A DNA stretch of 52,926 nucleotides from an uncultured Verrucomicrobiota bacterium (lineage in GTDB: Bacteria; Verrucomicrobiota; Kiritimatiellia; CAIKKV01; CAITUY01): the NCBI GenBank assembly GCA_964609375.1, contig CAZSSA010000007.1, positions 1 through 52,926 of the forward strand, written 5' to 3'. A model generated the notes under the pieces. That model saw only the letters and a program-made list of their open reading frames with translations, was not told the DNA's origin and made no database searches. This document shows, one piece after another, positions 27,622 through 37,009 of this stretch. Both the position numbers and the translations under genes were made by a program. Within the stretch, counting starts at the first letter, position 1. Every line of letters starts with the position of its first letter.

Positions 27622-28979
27622 TTCAACTCTCCTTTTTTAATCTGCAACACCATCTCAATAAACTGTTCGCCTCTATCCTCAAAACTTCTAAACTGGTCAA
27701 AACTCGCGCAACCGGGGGATAGCAAAATAATCTCTCCTGCCTTTGCATCCTTCCAAGCATGACTCACGGCCTCCCTCAACCCCTGACAAACCGTACACGG
27801 CACGGCATCCTGCCACGCCTCAGCCATTTCGCGTGAATATTTGCCGATAACATAGACCCCGCTAACCCGCTTGACGAGTATTTTTTTTATCCCCTCAAGA
27901 TCTTTTTCTTTCAATAGTCCGCCGGCAATCAAACGCACCGGGGCACTCCCCATTCGCAACGCCGCCGCCATGGCCGCCAGATTGGTCGATTTGCTGTCGT
28001 TGATAAAAACCACATCCCGGATAATCGCGACCGTTTGCATGCGGTGCGGAAGCCGTTCAAACACACGCGCCGCCTGCGCCACGCATTGCGGATCAACTCC
28101 GCACCCCCGCATGGCCGCCACACACGCTGCCGCCGTCATCCCCATCACCTCATTGTCAAACGCCGTTCCGCCAATATCCACCGGCGCCACCAGCCCGACT
28201 CCTTCGATACCCCCATTCACATATCGGAAGTCCGCCTCGTCCACCAATCCAAACGTACTCCGGCCACAGGCCGCCGGAATCGCCTCCTTAAGCGCCCTCA
28301 TCTCGTCCACCGGCGCCACCGCCGTCTGGCCGACCCCCATGCGCCGGAAAAGCCTCAGCTTCATCGCCCGGTATTCCTCCATCGTTCCATGCCGGTCCAG
28401 ATGGTTGGGATTGATGTTCAGAAGAATGGCAACATCGGGGGCAAAACGATCAGCGGTCTCAAGTTGAAACGAACTGACCTCGGCCACAATCCACTCAGGG
28501 GCAGGCTTCGCTAACGCCAACGCACTGAGCGGTATTCCAAAATTGGCGCCCGCCTCTGCCGTCAACCCGGCACAGCGCAGCGCCTCACGACAAAGTTTAA
28601 CCAGCGTGCTCTTGCCATTGGACCCCGTCACCGCCAGCACACGGCACGGTAGGTGCCGCCACCCCAGCTCCAGCTCCGAAATCACAGGAATCCCGCGCTG
28701 CCGGCATTCCTGCACCCAGGGGGCGCTCGACGAAACACCGGGGCTTAAGACACACAGCTCAAACACACCCGCGGGCAATTCCGTTGCACCCGTACAGACC
28801 TCTGCGCCTTCCCCTCGCAACGCCACAGCCCGGCGTTCGATCTCGCCGGTCTTACCGGCATCCACAAGCACCACCCGCGCCCCCTGCCGCACCAGCAAAC
28901 GGGCCGCCGCTTCTCCGCTCGACCCTAATCCGATCACAAGCGCTGTCTTCACCTTCACGGGTTTGCAATGTCCTGTCAT
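27618..28979 (-). CDS. murD: UDP-N-acetylmuramoyl-L-alanine--D-glutamate ligase
   Basis: GLGSSG, SPGV, VTGSNGKST, EVSSFQLE, LNINPNHLDRH, LPHR, NDSKSTN, LSPGCASFDQF. Confidence 0.97.
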   Translation of the reverse strand: MTGHCKPVKVKTALVIGLGSSGEAAARLLVRQGARVVLVDAGKTGEIERRAVALRGEGAEVCTGATELPAGVFELCVLSPGVSSSAPWVQECRQRGIPVISELELGWRHLPCRVLAVTGSNGKSTLVKLCREALRCAGLTAEAGANFGIPLSALALAKPAPEWIVAEVSSFQLETADRFAPDVAILLNINPNHLDRHGTMEEYRAMKLRLFRRMGVGQTAVAPVDEMRALKEAIPAACGRSTFGLVDEADFRYVNGGIEGVGLVAPVDIGGTAFDNEVMGMTAAACVAAMRGCGVDPQCVAQAARVFERLPHRMQTVAIIRDVVFINDSKSTNLAAMAAALRMGSAPVRLIAGGLLKEKDLEGIKKILVKRVSGVYVIGKYSREMAEAWQDAVPCTVCQGLREAVSHAWKDAKAGEIILLSPGCASFDQFRSFEDRGEQFIEMVLQIKKGELK

Positions 28980-28984
28980 AACGC

Positions 28985-30097
28985 CTACCGGATCTTCAGT
29001 GTGGCCATCCCCATCAACGCAAACAGAATGGAAAGAATCCAGAACCGGATCGTCACCTGCGTCTCACTCCACTTGCGAAGTTCAAAGTGGTGATGAATCG
29101 GCGCCATCGCAAAAATCCGCTTCCCTCGCAATTTAAACGAAGCCACCTGCAGGATGACACTCACAGCCTCCATGACAAAAACGCCGCCAATCAGCACCAG
29201 CAGAATCTCCTGCTTGATCAACACCGCCACCATCGCCATGGCGCCTCCCAACGCCAGACTACCCGTATCCCCCATGAACATCTGGGCCGGATGGCAATTA
29301 TACCAGAGGAATCCAAGACTGCCGCCCAGCAGACACCCGCAGAAAACCGCCAACTCACCGCTGCCCGGCATATACGGCACGAATAAATACTCGGCAAAAG
29401 CCCGATGCCCCGTCACATACGACAACACCAGATACGCCAGCGCCACCGAACTCGTGCACCCTATCGCCAACCCATCCAGCCCGTCGGTCAGGTTCACCGC
29501 ATTGCTGGCTCCCACCAGAACCACCGCCACAAACACCATCGTCAGGAGTATTCCCATGTCCCTGATCACGGGATCCTTGAAAAAGGGCACCATCAGTTGG
29601 CGTACCGTCACACTGGTTTCGGGCAGGATCAGCAGTACACCACCCATGAGCAATGCCCATAGCAATTGAAGCAACGACTTGGAGCGCGCACTGATACCCT
29701 TGGCGTTCTTCCCCTTAAGCTTGGCATAGTCATCCATGAATCCTATCCAACCCATAAAGAGAAACGTTGCCAGCGTCAGCAGGATTTGAATGTTGGTCGG
29801 TATCGCCCACAACAACGTGGCAACCGTCACCGACCCGATGATCAAAATCCCGCCCATCGTGGGAGTGCCTTCTTTTTTGCCATGTAACGCATGGAGCGGC
29901 GGAGCCTCTTCCTTGCGGATATATTGCTTAACATCCATCCGCTTTAATTGTCGAATCACCCACGGGCCAATAAAGACGCTGATTAAAAAGGCGGTCGCCG
30001 CGCCGGCCAGCGCCCGGAAGGTAATGTATCGGAATACCCGTAACTCGGATGCCCATCCGCCGAAAAGATGAAGATAATAAAACATGATCCGCTCCAC
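28985..30097 (-). CDS. mraY: Phospho-N-acetylmuramoyl-pentapeptide transferase
   Basis: KKEGTPTMGG, SNAVNLTDGLDGL, FMGDTGSLALGG, MAPIHHHFE. Start may be ATG 30085. Confidence 0.98.
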   Translation of the reverse strand: MERIMFYYLHLFGGWASELRVFRYITFRALAGAATAFLISVFIGPWVIRQLKRMDVKQYIRKEEAPPLHALHGKKEGTPTMGGILIIGSVTVATLLWAIPTNIQILLTLATFLFMGWIGFMDDYAKLKGKNAKGISARSKSLLQLLWALLMGGVLLILPETSVTVRQLMVPFFKDPVIRDMGILLTMVFVAVVLVGASNAVNLTDGLDGLAIGCTSSVALAYLVLSYVTGHRAFAEYLFVPYMPGSGELAVFCGCLLGGSLGFLWYNCHPAQMFMGDTGSLALGGAMAMVAVLIKQEILLVLIGGVFVMEAVSVILQVASFKLRGKRIFAMAPIHHHFELRKWSETQVTIRFWILSILFALMGMATLKIR

Positions 30098-30115
30098 TGA
30101 TGCCTTCCGGCATCG

Positions 30116-31522
30116 TCACCGCCGTTTACCTAACTCTGCCTGAAGTCTTTCCACCGCCGCCTCCAGATGCATGCCACGCGACGCCTTGAACAGCACGGCA
30201 TCACCGGGCTTGAGTTCTGCCGCCAACAAGTCCGCCGCCGCGTCGGCCGCTGGGCACCGGAACACCCGTCCTGAATCCATCCCCGCCGCCACCGCTCCAT
30301 CCGCGAGGCATCCGCCAAGCCTCCCCACCGCCACCAATCCCTGCCAGTCCCCGAATCCCATCCATTGGCCAAGGCCTTCGTGTTCCGCCACTTCGCCCAC
30401 CCCCAACTCGCGCATGTCGCCCAACACCAGCCAACGCCTGCCGCGCACTGCCGTGTCCGCAAAAGTCCGGATCGCCGCCCGCATGCTCATGGGATTGGCA
30501 TTGTAGGCATCATTGATCAGCGTAATGCCACCCGCCTCTATCCGCTGCCATCGCATCGGAGGCGACTGATATTGCTCAAGCGCCGTGGCAATGGACTCCC
30601 ATGCCACTCCAGAACCCCGCGCCACGGCCATCCCCAACAACGCATTATGCAGATTGTGCAGGCCGGGCACCGGCATCCGGAATTCAAAGGTCTCGCCCGA
30701 ACCACGCTCCAACACCGTGTTCAACCCCGTCTTGACGTTCATAGCCGTCAACGCATAATCCGCCTCTCCCTTCAGCGACACGCTCACTACCGGACAGGGC
30801 GCCATCCCCCTCAGTAAACCGTAGTGCGGCTCATCAGTGCTGACCACCGCTTTCCCGTCGCACGGCAGACGGGCCAACAAGAGGCCCTTCTCTCGCGCAA
30901 TCGCCTCCACCGAATGGAAGAACTCCAAGTGCACAGGACCCACATTGGTTATCACTCCCCAATCCGGACAGGCAATGTTGCACAACGGGGTCATTTCACC
31001 GGGATGACTGATTCCCAGTTCAATAACGCCCATCCTGGAGTCCTCCGGCATTTGCAGAAGACTCAGCGGAAGTCCAATATCATTATTCCAATTCCCCTTG
31101 GTGCGAGCCGTTGGATATGTGGTGGCCAGCATGCCGGCGATCATCTCCTTGGCTGTGGTCTTTCCAACACTGCCGGTAACACCAATGATCCGCAGCCCCA
31201 GCCGACGGCGATATCCGGCAGCCATGCTCCCCAACGCCTTTACCGTATTCTCCACCACAAGACATGGCAACGACGCCCCCACCCTGCTCATCCGGTCCCG
31301 CGACACCAGAGCCGCCACAGCACCCCGTGCCGCCGCCTCTCCCAGTAAATCATGCCCATCCACCCGGGAACCGGGTATGGCTACAAATAAGTCACCCGGA
31401 TTAACCTGCCGCGTGTCATGGACAATTCCGGTAACCCGTGTCGGCTTACCCATCATCCACTGGCCACCACTCCAGGCGGCCAACTCGGCTGGAAGAAATG
31501 TCGGCATCCACTTACCCTGCAT
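30116..31522 (-). CDS. murF: UDP-MurNAc-tripeptide--D-Ala-D-Ala ligase
   Basis: GVTGSVGKTTAKE, NWNNDIGLPLSLL, ELGISHPGE, INDAYNANPMSM, VLGDMRELG, KASRGM. Confidence 0.97.
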   Translation of the reverse strand: MQGKWMPTFLPAELAAWSGGQWMMGKPTRVTGIVHDTRQVNPGDLFVAIPGSRVDGHDLLGEAAARGAVAALVSRDRMSRVGASLPCLVVENTVKALGSMAAGYRRRLGLRIIGVTGSVGKTTAKEMIAGMLATTYPTARTKGNWNNDIGLPLSLLQMPEDSRMGVIELGISHPGEMTPLCNIACPDWGVITNVGPVHLEFFHSVEAIAREKGLLLARLPCDGKAVVSTDEPHYGLLRGMAPCPVVSVSLKGEADYALTAMNVKTGLNTVLERGSGETFEFRMPVPGLHNLHNALLGMAVARGSGVAWESIATALEQYQSPPMRWQRIEAGGITLINDAYNANPMSMRAAIRTFADTAVRGRRWLVLGDMRELGVGEVAEHEGLGQWMGFGDWQGLVAVGRLGGCLADGAVAAGMDSGRVFRCPAADAAADLLAAELKPGDAVLFKASRGMHLEAAVERLQAELGKRR

Positions 31523-32981
31523 CCCGTTTCAACAGCGCCCGCACCATTTGCCGGTCATCAAAGGGAACAATCGTATTGGCAAGCTCCTGCTTGCTCTCAT
31601 GGCCCTTCCCGGCAATAAGCACAACATCACCATCCCGCGCCAGGGACAATGCCGCATCAATGGCCTCCGCGCGCTCCTCGATAATCTCATACCGCCCGCC
31701 CTCCTCAAACCCCGCCCGGATCTGTTCAATGATCAGGCGCGGTTCCTCCCGCCGCGGATTATCGGAAGTCAGCACAGAGAGATCCGCCCTCCGGGAGGCC
31801 ACAGCCCCCATCAGGGGGCGCTTGCTCTGGTCACGGTTTCCACCACACCCGAAGACAACAATCAATCGCCCGCGGGTGAATGGACGGAGGGTTTCCAATA
31901 CATTCGCCAGCGCATCATCGGTATGGGCGTAATCCACAAACACACGGTACCCGCGCCCCGTGGGAATTTCTTCCAACCGCCCGGGGACCGCCTGGCAAGC
32001 CGCCATCGCCTTCAACACGGTCGCTTCGTCAATCCCCAGCGCCCGCCCGGCCACATACGAAGCCAACGCATTCTGCACATTGAAACGCCCCAGCAGATTC
32101 ACGCGGGCCTGGCACCCTCCCCACGGCCCCGTGATATGGAATGAACTTCCCTTGTCATCATAGTTAACACCCTCAGCCTTCACGGCCACTCCGCCCTGCA
32201 GGCCAAAGGTAAAGACATCGGCATGCAGGGCCGCTTCCTTGGCCAAGGCGCCACCCCGGGGATCATCGCCATTAATCACCGCCACGCTGCGCTTGCCACG
32301 CCCAAGCATTTGGAAAAGTTTCTGCTTGGCGGCAAAATAGGCATCCATCGTCTTATGATAATCAAGGTGATCCCGCGTCAGGTTCGTAAACACGGCCACA
32401 TCAAAATCAATCCCGGTCACCCGCTCTTGATCCAGGGCATGCGACGACACCTCCATCACCACACTTCCACAACCCGCCTTGATCATCTGCTCCAGAAGCC
32501 ATTGAAGTTCGTTGGACTCAGGGGTCGTGCGTCCCGCCGGAATCACCCGCCCTCCAACCTCATACTGAACCGTTCCGATCAGACCCGGTTTCTTGCCGGA
32601 CGCCTCCAGCATATCCCTGATCATGAAGGCCGTCGTGGTTTTCCCATTGGTTCCGGTTACCCCGGCCACCGTCATTCGCCCGCTCGGATGACCATAGAAG
32701 GCGTCCGAGGCCTCCGCCAATGCCCGCCGGGCATTCTCGACCTGAACATGGGTCGCCTCATGCAGCGCAAACCGTCCATGCTGTGAAATCACCACTCCCG
32801 CACCACGCCGCAACGCATCGTCCACAAATCCTGCCCCGTCCTGCTGCTCCCCGGCAATGGCTACAAAGAGGTAATCCTGGCGCACCTGGCGGGAATCACA
32901 AACCACCCCCGCCACTGGCCGGTCCGGACTTCCACGCACTCCCGTATGCGCCACGTGCCTGAGTAATGTTTCCAGTTTCAT
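31512..32981 (-). CDS. murE: UDP-MurNAc-Ala-Glu--diaminopimelate ligase
   Basis: GVTGTNGKTTT, MEVSSHAL, FTNLTRDHLDYH, VDYAHTDDAL, FGCGGNRD..KR, SDNPR (meso-DAP-type motif), AGKGHE. Confidence 0.98.
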   Translation of the reverse strand: MKLETLLRHVAHTGVRGSPDRPVAGVVCDSRQVRQDYLFVAIAGEQQDGAGFVDDALRRGAGVVISQHGRFALHEATHVQVENARRALAEASDAFYGHPSGRMTVAGVTGTNGKTTTAFMIRDMLEASGKKPGLIGTVQYEVGGRVIPAGRTTPESNELQWLLEQMIKAGCGSVVMEVSSHALDQERVTGIDFDVAVFTNLTRDHLDYHKTMDAYFAAKQKLFQMLGRGKRSVAVINGDDPRGGALAKEAALHADVFTFGLQGGVAVKAEGVNYDDKGSSFHITGPWGGCQARVNLLGRFNVQNALASYVAGRALGIDEATVLKAMAACQAVPGRLEEIPTGRGYRVFVDYAHTDDALANVLETLRPFTRGRLIVVFGCGGNRDQSKRPLMGAVASRRADLSVLTSDNPRREEPRLIIEQIRAGFEEGGRYEIIEERAEAIDAALSLARDGDVVLIAGKGHESKQELANTIVPFDDRQMVRALLKRDAG

Positions 32982-34726
32982 GGCAACGGCATCCCGCCAG
33001 CGTAATATAACCCATCCTGCCGGGGCGCCCCCCCCGGAAGAATGCCAAGATAGCGAACCGCCTGCTCCGCCACCTCTCCAAACACCGGCGCCGACACCAA
33101 CCCGCCCGTATGCAGCGGCTGCGGCTCGTCGACCACAATGATCATGCCAATTTCAGGATTCTCCGCCGGCAGAAACCCGACAAATGAGGCCATGTAAGCC
33201 GACTCCGAATAATGCCCCGCCACCGGCTTCTGCGCCGTCCCCGTCTTGCCTGCCACCGAGTAACCGTCCACGCATGCCTTAACCCCTGTCCCCCCCTCCT
33301 CCGTCACGCGCGCCAACAACGTCCTCATCAATGCCGCCGTTTCCGGCCGGATGGGCTGGCTTAACACATGCGGTGTCTGCCGCATCAACACGGTGCCACT
33401 GCTGGAAACCACCTCCTTGACCACATACGGACGCATCACGCGCCCATCGTTGGCAATGCCGCACATCACGCCCAGCATTTGCAGCGCCGTCACCGCCACG
33501 CCCTGCCCAATGGCAATACGACTCGAACTGATGGGCGACCAATTCTCAACCTGCCGCAGGATCCCGCCTTCTTCCCCCGGCAAATCAATGCCAAGCCGGC
33601 AGCCAATCATGAACGCCCGCAGACTCTTGTCCAACCGTGCATCGCCCATCATAATGGCAATCTTGGCCGCGCCTATGTTGCTGGACTTCTTCAGAACGTC
33701 AGCCACGTTCAACAATCCATACGAGTGATAGTCCCGTAAAATTTTGTTTTGGTACAGCCAGCGCCCGTTCTCACAATCAAAAACCGTCTCCGGCGTCACA
33801 ATCCCCTGATCTAACGCGGCGGCAATAACCGCCACCTTGAACGTCGATCCCGGCTCATAGACATAGCCAATGGTCCGGTTAAGCTTCTGCGCATCCACCG
33901 TTTCACGAAACTGATTGGGGTCAAATCCGGGACGGCTTACCATCGCCAGGATTTCTCCCGTCTTCACCCGCTGCATAATCGCCATCACCGCCTTGGCCTG
34001 GTGTTTCTCCATGGCCGCGTCCACCCCTTTTTCAAGGATGTACTGGAGGTTCTGGTCGATCGTCAGCACCACGTCCGACCCTTCGCGCGGCGCCACTTCC
34101 CGCACCCGCCGGTCATACATCTCGCGCCGCCGCCCATCTAATCGGCTCTCCAGAAGACCGGGAACCCCTTTCAAGTAGTTTTCCATGCACTGCTCAATGC
34201 CGCCGGACCCGATCCCGTCATGATTAACGAATCCGAGCACATGGCATAGCAGTTGACCCTGGGGATAGGACCGTGTGGTTATCGGACTCTGAAAGACCCC
34301 GGGAAGTTTCAACGTGGCCACCGCGGCAGCTCGCTCATCCGGAACAAAACGGGACACATAGGCAAAGCGACGCCCCGGCTTTTTCAGGTTCGTCCTGAGC
34401 TCCCCGGAGGGTAGACCAAGAACCCGCGCCAGTTTCAAGGCCACTTCATCAAACCGATTACTGGCCGCCAGCAGGGAGGGGTCAACCCAGATGTCCTTCA
34501 CGCTCACATTCGCCGCCATGATATTGGCACTCATGCTGCCATCAAGGATCCGACCGCGCGGAACCGTCAAGGTCTCCCGATAGGTACGGGTTTTGGCCGC
34601 TCGCGACCGCGACTGGTCGCGAATGGAAACATGCAGGAACACCAGGCGCACCACCAGCCCCGCCATCATCGCAAAAAGGATGACGGCCACACCAATGAAC
34701 TTTCCCGTTCTGCGAAACTCAATCAT
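32978..34726 (-). CDS. ftsI: Class B penicillin-binding protein (FtsI/PBP3)
   Basis: N-terminal TM, RGRILD, RSYPQG, SxxK (GSTFK), SxN (SSN), KTGTAQ. Confidence 0.95.
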   Translation of the reverse strand: MIEFRRTGKFIGVAVILFAMMAGLVVRLVFLHVSIRDQSRSRAAKTRTYRETLTVPRGRILDGSMSANIMAANVSVKDIWVDPSLLAASNRFDEVALKLARVLGLPSGELRTNLKKPGRRFAYVSRFVPDERAAAVATLKLPGVFQSPITTRSYPQGQLLCHVLGFVNHDGIGSGGIEQCMENYLKGVPGLLESRLDGRRREMYDRRVREVAPREGSDVVLTIDQNLQYILEKGVDAAMEKHQAKAVMAIMQRVKTGEILAMVSRPGFDPNQFRETVDAQKLNRTIGYVYEPGSTFKVAVIAAALDQGIVTPETVFDCENGRWLYQNKILRDYHSYGLLNVADVLKKSSNIGAAKIAIMMGDARLDKSLRAFMIGCRLGIDLPGEEGGILRQVENWSPISSSRIAIGQGVAVTALQMLGVMCGIANDGRVMRPYVVKEVVSSSGTVLMRQTPHVLSQPIRPETAALMRTLLARVTEEGGTGVKACVDGYSVAGKTGTAQKPVAGHYSESAYMASFVGFLPAENPEIGMIIVVDEPQPLHTGGLVSAPVFGEVAEQAVRYLGILPGGAPRQDGLYYAGGMPLP

Positions 34727-35108
34727 TCATTACTATCCTGTCAACACGTGCATAGCGGGACGGAGTTTTCATTTCCGGAGTCCCCGTATTGTCAATCGTG
34801 CCATCCGCACGAACCCGCACAATCTGGTCTCGACCCGGCCACGTCATGGCCAATCCGTGCGCCTTCAACGCATGCTCCATGCTGGCAGGCGAAAGCAATC
34901 TCGCCCACTCGCACTGTTCCTTCACAACGTCCTGGCGCAACTGGTCACGGCGCGCCTCTAACGCCTTGATCTCCTGTCCCAGCCCTTCAGTCTTCGACTT
35001 TAGACAGATAAAAAACACCGCCAGTCCCACAACCACCACCAACCCAACAGCAAGGGGCGCCGGAAATACAAAACCAGCCTGAGCTTTCTTCCTGTTACGT
35101 CGCACCAT
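34719..35108 (-). CDS. ftsL: FtsL-like cell division protein
   Basis: Basic N-terminus, single TM, coiled coil (LGQEIKALEARRDQLRQD); between rsmH and ftsI. Start at ATG 35108. Confidence 0.75.
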   Translation of the reverse strand: MVRRNRKKAQAGFVFPAPLAVGLVVVVGLAVFFICLKSKTEGLGQEIKALEARRDQLRQDVVKEQCEWARLLSPASMEHALKAHGLAMTWPGRDQIVRVRADGTIDNTGTPEMKTPSRYARVDRIVMND

Positions 35109-35112
35109 GAAT

Positions 35113-36036
35113 CTACCCTTTCCTTTCAACCGCTCGCAGTTTCGCCGACCTCGCGCGCGGATTTTGTTCACACTCACCGTCCAGAGCCATCACCGGCTTC
35201 CGCGTCAATACTTCAACCTGGGGTAAAACCCCCGTCCACTTGCGCCCCCCCTCGGCCAGCGATTCCCATCGCCCCTGGTGGTCCGCAAAAAAATGCTTCA
35301 CCATCCGATCTTCAAGGCTGTGGAAGGAAATCACCACCAATCGCCCACCCGGGGCCAATACGTTCAATCCCGCCGCCAACCCTGCCTCCAACGCCTTCAA
35401 CTCGCCATTGACCGCAATCCGCAACGCCTGAAAGGTCAACGTTGCCGGATGAATCCGGCCCCGCCGGCCGCCATACACCTTCATCACCAGATCCGCCAAC
35501 TCGCTCGTCCGCGAAAACGCCCGCACATCCCGGTTCGCCACAATCCGCCGCGCAATCGCCCGCGCCCTCGGCTCCTCACCATACCGCCTCAACACATCCG
35601 TCAACTCATACTCCGACAGCGTATTCACCAGATCCGCCGCCGTCGCCGCCACACCTCGGTCCATCCTCATATCCAGCGGACCGTCCTTCATAAAACTGAA
35701 CCCGCGGTCCGCATTGTCCAACTGATCGGACGAAATCCCGATATCAAGCAACACCCCATCAACCCCGGCAACCCCATGGATGGATGCCACCCGTTCCAGA
35801 TCAGCAAAGGAGGCATGAACAAACGTACAACAGGCCGCACACTCACCCATGGCCAGCCGTGCCCGATCAAGAGCGGTTGCGTCCTGATCCAATGCCAACA
35901 AGCGCCCTGTGGAACCCGCCGCCTCCAGAATCGCCCGCGCATGCCCCCCGCCTCCCACAGTTCCATCCACATAGACACCGCCGGCACGGGGTGCCAGCCA
36001 CTGCATCACCTCATCCAGCAAAACCGCCTGATGCAT
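35113..36036 (-). CDS. rsmH: 16S rRNA m4C1402 methyltransferase
   Basis: MHQAVLL.EV, VDGTVGGGGH, DIGISSDQLD, RGFSF..DGPLDMRMD, FQALRIAVN, ISFHSLEDR, NPRARSAKLR. Start at ATG 36036. Confidence 0.98.
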   Translation of the reverse strand: MHQAVLLDEVMQWLAPRAGGVYVDGTVGGGGHARAILEAAGSTGRLLALDQDATALDRARLAMGECAACCTFVHASFADLERVASIHGVAGVDGVLLDIGISSDQLDNADRGFSFMKDGPLDMRMDRGVAATAADLVNTLSEYELTDVLRRYGEEPRARAIARRIVANRDVRAFSRTSELADLVMKVYGGRRGRIHPATLTFQALRIAVNGELKALEAGLAAGLNVLAPGGRLVVISFHSLEDRMVKHFFADHQGRWESLAEGGRKWTGVLPQVEVLTRKPVMALDGECEQNPRARSAKLRAVERKG

Positions 36037-36269
36037 GCGAACTCTCCGGCTGACGCCCTGCTTTGCCGCGAACCGCCGTACTCGCAATCCGCAGCCCTCC
36101 GCGACTCAAATGCCGCCCTCCGGGCACCATCCCCAGAGTGTCCAGCCGTTTGCGCGGAAGCCGTAGCCACCGGAGCCCCTCACGTCGTCCCGTGATGGAA
36201 CCGTTCATCTGCATATAAAGCGCTATGGTTGACATCCTCATCCCTTCATCACCTGAAATTGATTGTCCG

Positions 36270-36752
36270 TTAAAATCCAATATTCCGGGCCGCTTCACCC
36301 AAATCAGCCGCATTCGAACCACTGACTTGCTTCCACAAGTCGGGATTCCATAACTCAAACCGTTCAATCGCACCCACCAGGATCACCTGGTCACCAAGCT
36401 TCGCATAGTCCAGAAGATCATCCTTGATCCGGATCCGCCCCGCCGAATCCCACGGCGCCAATTGCGACTGGGACCCCAATACCCGGGCAAACTGCCGTGC
36501 CGTCGAGTCAGCAATCGAAAGACTCCGGATCCGCTGCAGCCGCTGCACCATCTCGCGCGCCGGATAAACACTTAAACAACGGGCATTTTCAAGACTGGGC
36601 AAAACGTACAGACTCGTCGGAATACCGGCATATTCCCGCCATTCCGCCGGAATCGTCAGTCGCTTTTTGGGATCCAACGAGTGCTCAAACTTCCCAACGA
36701 AGATGCCGCTCGCCTCTCCCAAACCGCCTAATCCTATGTCTTTTGACTCCAC
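36270..36752 (-). CDS. mraZ: Division/cell-wall cluster transcriptional repressor MraZ
   Basis: F.GKFEHSLDPKKRLTIPAEWR, DSAGRIRI, GAIERFELW. Start codon uncertain. Confidence 0.96.
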   Translation of the reverse strand: MESKDIGLGGLGEASGIFVGKFEHSLDPKKRLTIPAEWREYAGIPTSLYVLPSLENARCLSVYPAREMVQRLQRIRSLSIADSTARQFARVLGSQSQLAPWDSAGRIRIKDDLLDYAKLGDQVILVGAIERFELWNPDLWKQVSGSNAADLGEAARNIGF

Positions 36753-36813
36753 AGACCCTACCTTTGCCCCACAATGGTGGACTTATGTGACACAATACAA
36801 CACCTCGCCCCAC
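36747..36813 (-). promoter_or_regulatory. Array of GTG-headed boxes at about 10-bp spacing (candidate MraZ operator)
   Basis: Minus strand GTGGGG (36813), GTGTTG (36803), GTGTCA (36793), GTGGGG (36772), GTAGGG (36761), GTGGAG (36752), next to a TTGACG hexamer. Confidence 0.65.
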
Positions 36814-36895
36814 CAAACGTCAACGAATTTTTGCAATTTTTTACTCTTTTTTAATTCGCCCCCAAAACTGCCCGTGACGGGCTTACCCACCTGAT

Positions 36896-36918
36896 CCCTG
36901 CCGCCTTGCACGGCAGGG
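36896..36918. terminator. GC hairpin between the kinase gene and the mraZ promoter
   Basis: ccctgccg-ccttgca-cggcaggg, perfect 8-bp stem; no U-tract on the minus strand, so terminator function is unproven. Confidence 0.35.
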
Positions 36919-37009
36919 GCTGCAAAAAATACTCAACTTTCCGTTATCTGGCCTGGGGCCCCTGTCCAACCTGTCTCCCCACCATCCCCCACACCCCGCC
37001 CCGCCCGGA

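Noticed and set aside
30099-30114. Hairpin GATGCC-GGAA-GGCATC before mraY as a regulatory element
   Set aside because: Only 6 bp; mraY probably starts at ATG 30085 with its own GGAG SD outside the stem.
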